Assembly: GCA_022813965.1 (NCBI GenBank) | Contig: JALDZS010000050.1 | Coordinates: 1-64,000 of the forward strand | DNA from: Toensbergia leucococca | Lineage: Eukaryota | DNA: 64,000 bases | Reading direction: 5' to 3' | Part shown: positions 50,203 to 63,721 of the stretch, in pieces | Numbering within the stretch: the stretch's first letter is position 1 | Layout: the number at the start of each line of letters is the position of its first letter | Program-made: the position numbers and the translations under genes | The notes under the pieces: model-generated | The model's database searches: none | Told to the model about the DNA's origin: nothing | Seen by the model: the letters and a program-made list of their open reading frames with translations, nothing else

Positions 50203-50901
50203 TCACCCCCAACGACGGCAAGAGCCATCGAACTCATCCACAACCTCATCCAACAGCCTCCCAAGCATCTGAAACATCTCTTTCGCCTTCACAGCCATCG
50301 CCTCCCTCACCTCCACCGGACACGCAGAAAATTTATCCGGATGAAAATGATGCGTCAGCTTGCGCAGAAAAGCGCGGGAGTATTCGCCTGAGCCACGGAG
50401 CATGCGCTCCAGATCATGGTGACAGGCTTGCAGATGCGAGCCCTTGAGGCAGTCATCGCGGTGGCAGGCGTAGGCTGGTGGGTCTGGGAAGCTTGTTAGC
50501 GATGAGGGGGAGTCGAGGGGGGCGAGGGAGGTGTGCCATGTCTGCCAGTCTGCTTTGGCACACGAGGGTGGAATGGAGGACGATGGGTTCATCTCGATTG
50601 GGCATTCATGATTTTCTTCTTCTTCTTCTTCTTCTTCTTCTTCTTCTTCTTTTTTATCTTGTTCTTGCTCCGAGTCCTAGTCGAAGGTTTGGAGAGATTC
50701 CCATTTGATGTCGGAATAGACACGGCCGTGTTCTGCGTAAAAGTATCCTTCGCGCCACTGTGCGGGGCGGCTCCTTCGCCACCATTCCGATATGCGGACT
50801 TGGTCGTAGGTGTCGTATCCTTCGAGCCATTCTTGGGACTGTGCTTCCAACCATTCTGGTGACCCTTCGATGGGACTCTTTGCAATGGGGTTGTCTGCCA
50901 T
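50203..50901 (-). pseudogene. Hypothetical protein with C-terminal HPDKF (J-domain-like) motif, interrupted by one in-frame TAG
   Basis: ORFs 50677-50901 and 50203-50592 are in the same frame, separated only by TAG at 50677-50679 and an acidic linker (GAA x12 at 50614-50649, poly-Glu). Confidence 0.6.
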
Positions 50902-51420
50902 TTTTGCTAGGGTTACGGGGCTTGGAATTTCCTGGGATGGAATGGAAAGAGGATTGCTTTTCTTGTGGATTGGGAACTATTTGAGATGTAAGGATTTTCG
51001 TGTGTTGGAGGACAAGATAGGGTTTTTGAGAAGATGCTATGGATTCGATGTCAGGTCCGTGCTGTGTCGGTGGTGAATACACGGCGAGACAATGCCGTTG
51101 TTCATGCTTTTGCCCGCGGATCATACAACGAACAAAGAGAATGAAGGGACTGAGGACAAAGGCGAGTATTGCATTGATATTAGAGGACTTCAGTGTTGGA
51201 TCATGTGAACCTCCCTGTAGACGCATTCTTGTTCTAAATGTCATTCGTACAGGAGTAATACGGAAGTAATGTTTTTGTAACTGTTGAGATGCGCGACATG
51301 AACCCACGGTAGCAAATCCTGAGTATAAGATGCAGTGAGCTGTAAAGATTTCCTGATGGCACTGATGATATCGGGGCTTTAAAGGTGGCAGATTGGTGTT
51401 ATTAAACACATTATATTTTA

Positions 51421-51600
51421 CTATTCCGCTTCTGTTTCCATGGCAAGTGGAATAGCGTAATGGTTAAACCATGGGCCTGTTTCCGCACATTCTGCGATCT
51501 GGGGGATCACCTGGAGCTACTGAATGCGGTTCTTCTTCTATTTTGCCTTCGGCCGGGTTCGATTCCGGGAATGGCACATATTTTATATATTTTGTTTTTT
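51421..51600 (+). ncRNA. Candidate Pol III-type structured element (tRNA-derived/pseudo-tRNA or ETC-like)
   Basis: A-box TAGCGTAATGG (51453), consensus B-box GGTTCGATTCC (51556-51566), consecutive hairpins and a T6 run at 51595-51600. No valid cloverleaf can be built. Confidence 0.35.
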
Positions 51601-51838
51601 GAAGCACAGTTTTTGGGTGACTCGGCAGCGGCACTCGCGCTACGAGCGGATAAATATTAATTAGAATACGTACCTCGCTTGGAGCGTCTAAGAGGATAGC
51701 TGCTTCAATATCACCATCCCTCGATCCCTACCTTAAGGAGTAAATGGACAACATGCATGTCCAACTGACCAGTGATCAGTTTAATACATTTGGTCTTATG
51801 TAGGACAACTAGAGGCCTTCTCAGTTCGTCCTACACTT

Positions 51839-54798
51839 ATGGCATCTACCTTGCTTGCTCATGACCTCCCAGCGGATATTTTCCAGAAACAATACCAGCT
51901 AGATGATGATCAATCTGCCGAGGCGTTGGATCATAGTTTACTTGATGGCGTCGATCTGGGAGCCCTGTCCTTTCAGGAGGGTGTCCCAGATCCTCCTACT
52001 CTTCCCACAAGAGCGGGTCTATACATATACCTAAATGCCATGGTAATCCCCTCGGCCAAGCGTCTTCGTGCTCAATAATTAACATCAAAAGTTGAATGGA
52101 AGACCACTCTTTGAAGATATTGTCGTACTAGATTTCCTCAACGCACGATACAAGGTATATGGGATCGTGTTTCAACCGTGTGTCTTCTACTAACGACGAC
52201 ACCCAGGGGGACATACCTACTCTAGTCACAGATCTCATTTTAGCCTCGTTCGATATTCTGACCAATGCCATGCACCGTGACGAACCCGATGAATCGTTCA
52301 ATTTACTTCGAACCTATCTGGTAAACAAATTACCCGTATTTCTCCAGAATTTCGCCGGAATGCTCTTTCCACATTTTACTTTCGAGTACTGCATCACGCA
52401 AGCTTTGAGTCGAGTGCCGGCAGTGGCTTCAATCAGTCAAATGTTCGATCCCCTCACGAGTGATGCTTTACTTTCAGATGCTCGACAGGAATTTCTCTTT
52501 GCCTGCGCCTTGCATGACTTGATACCCGAAGAGAGTATTGAGGGTCTTCTAGGAGATGTACCGATGCAGAGCCTACCTGCTGATGGGAGATATGTCAAGG
52601 AAGATCTGATAGCGCAGTGTACTGCGAATTCGAGCAGGATCGAAGAATTAGTCGACGAACTTGAGAATATGGATGGTAATGCTAGTGAGATAGCCGGTGC
52701 TATGATCGAGGTAAGTCAGTAGTGTTCTGTTTGACACCAATGTGTTGAGCTTTGTACGTCGTTACTTTACTCGATATACTGAGAAGAGTTTTGGACCGTT
52801 TCGTATTTTGCCAGCACTGTCTGTATTGGTCATGCAAAATCTTCAAAGTTTGGCAAGGCCTTTTTCTTCTGATGGTAATCTTGGAAAATTTTTTCTTTCA
52901 TCTGAAGTTGATATAATGCAGCGTTATCTCTTGGAGTCAGTACATACGCGCTTACTTCATGAATATCATTCTCCATTTATCGCAGGCAGCGGCGTTTCTT
53001 TTTCTATCCCATATCCTGGCAGTGTGTAAATTTCAGGGGTTATGCGAGCTCGCCAAGACTGTTTTACACTCATCTTGCCAGGACATGGGATCAGGACGAA
53101 AAGAGACCACGTCAAGCCCGTTTCCTGTTCCCTCAAGTCATATACCGATTTTTCTACAAATACAAATTCATGATTTGAGCCACTCTACAAGTGTTGAGCA
53201 ATTTGCTGACCAATTTGCCCCTTAGATTATACACAGTCTATGCACCAACAATGATTCGATGACTTTGAAAATTGTCTGCAATGCCTTGTGTCGTAAAGTC
53301 AAATGCCTAGATGTCATTCTACTATTTTCTCGTCCAGTCGCTCTCCTACAACCGTTGTGTCAGTTACTCGACGATTGGCGAGATCACGAAGATCAGGGTT
53401 AGTTGTCCGCCTCTATCTCAACCGCGTCAGCTGATCTTGGCTAGGCGAGCATCAGCCAGTATATGATGAATTCGGTAGCGTTCTCCTACTGGTGGCGATC
53501 ATCCGACATAGGTACGACCTCCCAGCTTATGATCTTGGCATAAGCAGTTCGAAATCATTTGTTCTCAAATACTTTCGAAATGGATGCGTTAGTCGGCCAC
53601 TTGAGGATCTGACAGAACAAGACAATCAGATCCTAGGCGGCTGGATCCGAGGATTGTTCGAGACCGAAGGAATTAGCGATGAGCTCTTGTCTACGTGTAG
53701 CCCTAAAGAGTTTCATCTTTTGGTGGCAACATTATTCGACCAAAGCTTGAAAGCGTGCCAAGCAGGAGTATTGGCTCTTGAGACATTAAAAGGAGGGTTT
53801 GAATGTAAGCTGATTCCCTCTAATCGAATTTCCTCACACATTCATACCTGTGTATCAAACACTCACCACTAGCTTCAGACTTACTCGAACCATTTGTCCT
53901 CCCATCCCTAATATCGGGCCTGACTTGGTTCGCTTACCGGATCTGGGAAACTCATGAAAAATCCCCTCACATCACAACTCTCCTCCCAGCACTCCAAACC
54001 CTCCTTGATCCTCCCTCAATGTCAGGAGACTCTTCAGCAATGCATAGCGCTGTACTCTCTATTATTGCTAAACCTCTTGAAGGTTCCCTACTCCACGCAC
54101 AACGCCAACACCCATTACGCGCGGACATTCACCCGCTCCTCAACATTCTGAAACCCTATCTCTCCCCTCAAAGTCACGATAGTGCCCGCTACTCGGATCT
54201 CGAGTCCTGGTCCAGCACCCCAGGTGGCGGAATCCTCGCCTCCCTTCGCCACAGCATCCTCTCTCTCGCCCAGTGGACCAGCATTTCAACGGAAAACTCC
54301 CCCCCATCCTACACCCACAGGCTCTTGGTTGCCGCACTACGTCTTCTCGGCGCTAAAACTGTGCTCGATGCCCTCCTTGATGAATTAGTCTTGCACCCCG
54401 AAGGCCTCGAAGACGCTCTACTCGACATCACAACGACACTAATTTGTGCCCCCAATTCCCTTACAGCCACCACTAAACCCGCCCAATTAACCCTCCACTC
54501 TACTCTCACCGCCCTCCTCCCCTCCGCTTTTAGTCTTTCCAAAACAAATCTCCCACGCGCAGAAGCAATCGTACGCTTACATCGAAGAGTAGAAGCCCAC
54601 GTTGGCGCAACGGGCCACGATGTAGTTGGGGAGGGGGGAGATGCGCTGATGGGGTTGGATAATGGAAAAGCGGTTGTGCATAATGCCGAGGGGATGCCGA
54701 CGGGGGATATTGATGATGTGCTTGTCGAGGCAGATAATGAGATTGTTGCGCAGGAGTTTTTGGCTGGTGGGGGCGCCGGGTTCATGGGAATGGGGTGA
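51839..54798 (+). CDS. MED5: Mediator complex subunit 5 (Nut1); 5' end uncertain or truncated; multi-intron
   Basis: [85 protein letters not shown], all characteristic of Pezizomycotina Med5. Confidence 0.85.
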
Positions 54799-55545
54799 TG
54801 GGGATGAAAGCTTTTTTGGCTGGGAATACTTTTTGGTGTAAAGAAACGGGTTTGAGCTGTTTGGAGTATTTGAATGAGGGGTGAAAATTTAAGCTGGATG
54901 GCTTGGGATATGTGGCGATAGTCTGGATGGCTATGGACTGGGCCTACATTTCTTCTAGGGATTGATGTATACCACATCAATCTTTTTGATACACCTACCT
55001 GTTATTACTCTGCTTGTGACTCCGATCCGGTCCGCCAAGCCATGCGGTTTAAATCATCTATATAATTGCTTGATTTGATTCACGAGTGAGCGTGACTTGG
55101 GTTTCCGCTCTAGAGTCTAATGAATGTGCTGGTTGGTAATTGAAAATATGGTTTTGCAATCAAGATATGCTTGGGGCGTTCCTTTTGGAAAGGGTTGGGG
55201 TAGGGGTAGGATGTGAGTTTGGTTGAGTAGTTTTGGGTGCGGTGTTTCTAAACGATCCATCGGAGACTGTGACATTGTGTGTAGTGGTTTCTGTTGGGGC
55301 GCTTGAGATGGCTGGATATGAGACTCTTTGGGAGTTCAAGAAGTGAGGATTAATCTGGAGTGAAGGCTGAACAAGGTATGAATAGGCAAGAAGGAGGATT
55401 TTGATAGGGTTGGGGTTAGGGCTATTCTATCTGAATCAATGGAACGGATCATGTCACCATCCGGTATTGTATTCTTGCATAAGCTCAAAACACCGGAATG
55501 TTTACGGGTATCCGTACATTGAACGTGTCAAGCGTGTTGAGAGCC

Positions 55546-56528
55546 ATGCCGTCTCTCACAGCGCTGACGACAGCTGTCAAGAGTGAGTTCAAAGAAGAGC
55601 CTCAAGCGCAAGAGAAAGTCTTTCAATACAGCTCCTTACCATTTGAATTACGCACCATAATACTCAACTATCTTCTCACATTGGGCGACGTTCGACCATT
55701 TCCTAATCCATACATCAATCTCCTCTTATGGAAGATACCCAACTATGTAAAAGATGCTCAAGCTATGATATCTCAGGGCCCGGAACACTTTTGCCAGGAG
55801 ACCCTTTGCAGATTCAATCAAACGATATTCAACAATCTTCCGTACCTCGACCTCTCTCATCTCAGCTTCACTATTAAGGGAAGCCGGTCCAACATCCAAA
55901 ACCAGACTTGAACATCCTCAAAACCTGCCATGGAATATACAACGAGGGCTACCCTATATTCTACTCCCAAAAAACCTTTTATCTCCCTCCAGGCCCTATT
56001 GAAATCTCTCTTCAGTACTTTGATAACCTCCAACCCCACGAAGCCGCCTGCATAAGGTCCATTGCCATATATCACACCATCAAAGACCTAACTCGCCCAG
56101 TCCTCAAAGACATCGATGAAATCACAGAGGACCTTGACGGAATGCCGCTAGACGACATCCCATTGAGCGATCGCTCGTACTCGTGGCATTCGATAATGAC
56201 ATACTACATCGAGGCCATATGGTGTTCCAAATTCCACTGGGCGCTCCACCATGCTCCGCGCACGATGACATCCTTGAAAGAAGTCAAGATCATCGGCGTG
56301 AGTCGGTGCATGGTTATCAGGAATGAAGACCAGAAGAAGCCGTTCGGGAATCCAGCACCCAGTGAGTGGTTTTGGGATGTACATGCGGACTTGGTTTGCG
56401 CTTCCAGTGATTTAATCATTGCAAATATGTTGTCTCAGGTTTTGGGTAGGCGGTTGTGGATGAGTGATGAATTCTGTGAAGCATGGGGAAGGGAGGAGGA
56501 GGTGGAAGAGGTGGAAGAGGGGGATTAA
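55546..56528 (+). pseudogene. Frameshifted paralogue of 29935-31092 (or single-base sequencing error)
   Basis: FQYSSLPFELRTIILNYLL...GDVRP in one frame and KPDLNILKTCH...FYLPPGPIE.SLQYFDNL in another. Adding one A to the A4 run at 55898-55901 fuses them. An alternative start exists at 55498. Confidence 0.7.
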
Positions 56529-58666
56529 AGCGTTCTCAGATCAAGAAGCTGAAGATGGAAGAGTCGGACTCCGGGATATGAGAGTTTGATCGAACTGTTC
56601 CACTCCATGTTACTTGGCCAAGGGAAACAAAGAGGTATGAGATTGTTGATAAAGATGATCATAACAGAACTGTATAACCTGACATGAAAAGATGAACCTT
56701 TGAATCATTCAGTTTTCGATCGAGCTAATCAAACTCGCCATCTACTGGAAAAGTTGGACTCTCTTATCACCAATGTTCATGTCATAGACAGAGTAAGAAT
56801 TGCTGAATATTGAGTTCAAAGAAGTGATTTAGGTGTTGTGAGTAGGGTGGCGTTGAAACAAGAAGAGAGAGACAGAGACAGAGAGAGAGAGGGAGAGAGA
56901 GAGAGGTCTGAATTGACAGGGTGCTTTTCTGATCGCACATTCATTGAGACAAAAAGAAGAAGAGGAAATTAAAAACCCCACCCCCTCCCAACGAGAGGAA
57001 TTCCTCGCCCGTTAAGAACCCCGCGACAAATATCCGTAGCCTGATAGTCAGCTCCTTTAGAACAGCGCTGTTGAAATTCATGATACAGATGAATCATATG
57101 CTGAGTTCTAAATAGGTCAATCACTGAGGTTTCAGGGGAGATATCATAGTGTGAAGTTGAAAGGGGGGAGTGAGTCTGAATTGATTCAGGGAGGTGATAG
57201 CATTATGAGTCTGAGAGAGAGGGGAGGTGAGGGGAGGTGAGGGGTTGAGATTTTTTATCTACCTTAGCTTGTTGAGGTTGAGGAGTAGAAGAGTTGACAC
57301 AATCTAAATTTTAACTTTGTTACAAGACTTTTTCTTTTGTTTGTCTCTCTTTGCTTTCTCAGACACACTAAACATTCTCATCTTATCTCATCTTACCTTC
57401 TCATCTCATCTTATCTCACCTAAATCAAAATCTCTCTCTTTACAAGAATCTCTACCCTCTCAAACCCCTTATAAAACAGCAAAAACACCTTCTTCCCTCT
57501 CTCCCTCAAAAACCCCTCTCAAAAAACCACAAAAAACCAAAAAAAACCAAAAAAAACCAAAAAAACAAAATCACACAAAATTTCATCTCTCTAACAATCA
57601 GTCACAAACAACCTAGCACAAAAACAAACCCTCCCTTCATATCACATGCCCCTCAGTCACATTCTCAACTCCAATGACTCTACATTCATAACATATTAAT
57701 CTCAAAAAAACCCTTCATTCAGTTATCTCTCAAAAACACACCCTCAAGTCATCCCTCAAAAACCTGAAACCTCAAGCTCAAAGCTCAAGCACAACTAATC
57801 AATCAACCGTAGCAGCAGCAGCAGCAGCAGCGATATCCTTCCCCCCCCCCCCCCCGCCCCCCCCCTCAAAACAAAAGCCCCCCAAAAAAAAACAAAATCA
57901 TCTCACATAAAAAACCCCAGTCCTTCCTTCTCCCCCTTCCTTCCCCAGCCAGCCAATCACAAAACAATCACCACAAAACAAAATCTCCACAACGCATATC
58001 CTCGCCAGGAAACCCATCCCCATTGTAGCCCTGTGACTCTCTTATCCGGACCAAGTATCGCCATGACTATGAGATGCCGAGGCGGGGGTTTGTCAGAATC
58101 GAGACGGATGGGTGCTTTTGAAGTGGGGGGGATGGTTCTGTCTGACACAGTTGAGAGGAGGGCTAAATCCGTATGATGGGTTTGGGGGGCCGCTGTGAGC
58201 GCCAACGGAAAAAGGGGGACTCAAGGTGCCTGCAAAGGGACGGAGGATAATTGCAAAAGCTAATCCTCGCTAGCAGAATTAAACATTAAAAATTTGAAAT
58301 TCACCCTCCTTTTGTGTAACGGGACTTTCGGACTATAAATACATCGGAACTGCTGGGGTTGCTTATTATAGGATCTATGATGGAAATTTCAAAACCTCCG
58401 TGTTCTTTGCCATTTTTCAACTCCTGCGGATCTGCGCAATGGTTTTCATGCCCGCTCGAACTCCATATGTGTATTTGGACAAATGGCCTGCGTGTACATT
58501 ATGCCATAAAACCCTGCTGCGCATGAAGATGGTGTCAGCGAAACCTTAGTTCTCATACACCGCATTGACGAAAGTTGAATAGCAAGGTTGCAAGAAAAAC
58601 GGAGTATCACCTTATTTCCCAGCCTTCTTCAGCCTACTTCATCATACCATTTTATCAACACTACGG

Positions 58667-59392
58667 CTATCTTGTAGTCCGCTCTCTGCCTTCCGCGCTC
58701 TCCATACTGTCTGGGGCCCTTGGTCCTACCATCCAATCCTCCATTGCCAACCACTCACTCCAACTCTTCTCCGCCGCCTCAATCTCCGCAATTGCTGGCG
58801 CTTGCAGTGGTCTCATGAACGGTACAGTATCCAATGGTAGCATGTCATAATCCTTCTTCACAGACGCCCAGCCTCCGCTCTTCGCCGCGAAAAGGTAATT
58901 GCGCCGCTCTTGTTCGTGTAGTGGGCCCACGCCTAAAGCCCAATCATCCCCAAAAAAACCGTGTAGTACACCGGGAAAGTCAAGGCCTGTAACCACAAGA
59001 CGTCGTAGGTACGGTATTAGAGACACAAAGGAAGGCGGTGGCGGCTGGCCTGGCATGGATGGCATGCCTGGGCTTCGACTGAAGGGGGCATAGGTATTGG
59101 AGCGAGGGGAGGCATAGCTTGTAATGGGAGTTGGGTCTCGTTGGAATGGGAGGTGGATGTTGATGAAAGCTGCAAGTGCTTGGACTGGACCACTTTGTTG
59201 GGCGTGGTCGAGAAAGTAACGCTGACACGATTGATATTTGGGATACCATTCAAAGATGTCGAATTGGGGATCGTCTGCTCTTTGACGAGGAGGAGTATGC
59301 TCATTGGGTATGGTAGGATTGTCGAGTCCAGCGAAAGCAGCGTGTTGAAACTGCTGGTGAACTTGGATGTTTTGAGGGTCTACGGAATCCAT
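58667..59392 (-). CDS. Conserved fungal protein of unknown function
   Basis: 241-aa ORF with FDIFEWYPKYQSCQRYFLDHAQ, LIPYLRRLVVTGLD and HGFFGDDW...ERRNYLFAAKS blocks recalled from widespread ascomycete proteins; probable 5'UTR intron 59393-59438. Confidence 0.8.
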   Translation of the reverse strand: MDSVDPQNIQVHQQFQHAAFAGLDNPTIPNEHTPPRQRADDPQFDIFEWYPKYQSCQRYFLDHAQQSGPVQALAAFINIHLPFQRDPTPITSYASPRSNTYAPFSRSPGMPSMPGQPPPPSFVSLIPYLRRLVVTGLDFPGVLHGFFGDDWALGVGPLHEQERRNYLFAAKSGGWASVKKDYDMLPLDTVPFMRPLQAPAIAEIEAAEKSWSEWLAMEDWMVGPRAPDSMESAEGRERTTR

Positions 59393-60576
59393 CTGACAAC
59401 GTTAGCACGGCGACTGAGACTGGGTTGCGATGACATACTATGATTGACGCGTCCAATTGCTGACAGAGTTCCAGTGGATGTCAAATATATCGGTCGTGTG
59501 ATTGTCGAACGGGTACCACAGGTTCGATGAAAGGTCAGCCACGGAGAAGGTCGGCCACAACCAAGCTGTTGTTCGGACTGTAGCGAGAGTAGCTCTGGGA
59601 TGGAGGACATGATGGCATCTGGCTTATATACACTTTCCTCGTTCTCGAGAAGGAGCATGGATGCTAGTCCGAGGTCGCTAGAGAAAGACGAACAGGGCAG
59701 ATGGACTCGATCAACTCAAGCTCGCTGAACAGCGCACCGTAGAAAGCGAAAGTGGCATCATCCTAGTCAATGGCTCGACACGCTTCGAGGATGAGTCTTG
59801 ATTGAAGACGATTGAAGCCGTACGACTGCGTAGTTCGCTTCAGCTGATGGCGAACAGCGCCATGAAGCCATTCAGTCATTTAGCGAAGCAGCCAACCAAT
59901 ATGCATCTAAAGCTGGGACGTGTTCTAGCCAGTAGCCATTCAATGGCTTCTGCTACATATCTTCCCTTCCCGCTGCCTCGGTCCCCCCCTCCAAGGCTTC
60001 AACATCTGCCGTCTCCTTTAAGATGCTTTACAGATTGGCCTCGAAAGGTTGTCAATGGTCAAGTAGCTGGATATAGAAATAATAGAATAGGACGGATGGT
60101 TCGGATCCGAGGTACTGGAGCTGATCGGCCGCCACCACCTATGTCCTATGTCCTATGTCCTGGGTCTGGATATTTGGATTGCCCCCTCCTGATTGGTAGG
60201 TACGAGAGTACCTATTCGGAGTAAACATCCTGTCAGATTCACTACTCGTTACTCGTACCACCCACAACCGATCGTCGGTACGCCATGGATCAAATGTACC
60301 ACGCCATGTATGCCGGCAAGCTGAAACATGCCCCAGTTGGTCATGCATGACATTCGAGCACCTTGTCTCTTTGTGAGCTTCTGTAGCCTATTCTACGTTC
60401 AGATCTTGCTATCTTGGTCCATCGAAACGCTTTGATTCAATTAGGTCATTTGAATTCTCTATTACCTTCCGGCCACCCAATCAACATCCACGTCCAATTC
60501 TCCCTTCACCTTACCAAGTATTCTACTTCGTCCACCTTCCTTCAATACATGACTTTATTGACCTATAACAGACAAA

Positions 60577-61635
60577 ATGGCCTCCAAGTCTTTCTCATTA
60601 AGTTCGCGCATCAAGGTGTGCAAAAGTCATGGTGGCAAAGGCAAAGGGCTCAATATTCGCTAGCTTCCTAATGGTAGGACTATGCCACACATACATCTCG
60701 GTGTCTACATGGCATCTGGTCCTGAGACAACCAACGCTGTGAGATGGGCATTGGAGGTGAAATTTAGCTGATCATTGGCTGTGTTCTACTAATCGAATTC
60801 TGTTCAGGCTGGATATCGAGCGTGCAACATTCCCCTTCTGGTCATTTCACGAATGGGCGAGCTGATCCGTTGAGACATAGTATCGACTCGGCCCAGTGTT
60901 ATGAGAATGAAAAAGAGGTCGGCGATTCCGTCCTTGCATTCCTAAAGACATCATCCTTGAAACGCGAGGATATCCACTACACATCCAAACTCTTCAACAT
61001 TACCACTTATGATGCAGCCCGGAAGTCCATCAAGGAGTCGGTGGAAGTTTGTGGCTTGGGATATATTGATTTGTTTCTCCTGCATAGCCCTTATGGAGGG
61101 AAACAAAACAGATTAGAGTCCTGGAAAGCTGTCGAGGATGCCATCCTAGATGGTGAGATCAAGACGGGTGGCGTCAGTAATTTCGGGGTGAAACATGTGA
61201 GCCGATGATATCTCTATGTTGACTATCATTAATATCCATCTCAGCTGAAAGAATTACTTGCCTCTAAGCCACGCATTAAGCCGGCAGTAAACCAGGTCGA
61301 AGTTCATCCATTCAACACTAGAACGCAGATCACTTCTTTTTGCCAGGAGCATGATATTGTGGTGGAAAGCTTATGCGCCGCTGGTTCGAGCCTTGAAAAT
61401 GAGCCATTCAACGATAGCGTCGTTGTCAAAAAAGTACTCGTGTGCCCCTGCGCAATTGTTGGTACGATGGAGCTTGCAGCATGGCTATGTGCCTTTGCCT
61501 AAAAGCGTGACTAAAGAGCGGATCGCGGCGAACGGCGACGTCGGAGGCTTCGAAATTGACGAGCAAGACATGCAGGAGATGGATGGGCTAGACGAATATC
61601 TCGTGACGGATTGGGACCCTGTTGACTGTGATTAG
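60577..61635 (+). CDS. Aldo-keto reductase (AKR5-like; 4 introns including a 14-nt exon) with an apparent +1 frameshift
   Basis: [48 protein letters not shown]. An extra A at 61366-61368 breaks VVEAYAPL. Confidence 0.85.
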
Positions 61636-62112
61636 AAGTTTCCGTTTTCTTGTGAACTAGACTTGCACGGCAGATTCAATCAGAGCATTCTTGACTTAGT
61701 CGTAGGTACGATACTCGTTCCCACGCCAATTCAATGTTCTTTCATGTGACCTTGTCTTTATCCGCGGAAGTGGGGCAGCGAGCTCTACGACCAATGACGG
61801 AGCTTCCACCGATAAGCGCAATCTTCAAGCTTGCGAGTGATTCCATGGACACACGAGTTCACAACTTCAGATACACAAACCCCGCCATTCTTTTACGCTG
61901 ACGCAATTGATACAATCCGAGATCTAGAATATGACACTGAAACGATTATAGCTTTCTTTCAAGGGTAGGAGTACAAATCGTGTTGTTCGGCTGACTCCGC
62001 TATTCTTACTCGTGCCCTCTTCCACACTTATCAGTGACAGTGCATTGCATACTTTCCCAAATATTGCTTGATCTATCTACTTTAATTCCTGCAGATCTGT
62101 GCACTTACTAAA

Positions 62113-63721
<1,609 letters not shown>

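Noticed and set aside
51421..51580. snR30/U17 or other H/ACA snoRNA (AAACCAT motif, terminal ACA)
   Set aside because: No m1 motif, wrong m2-to-ACA spacing and no H box between hairpins.
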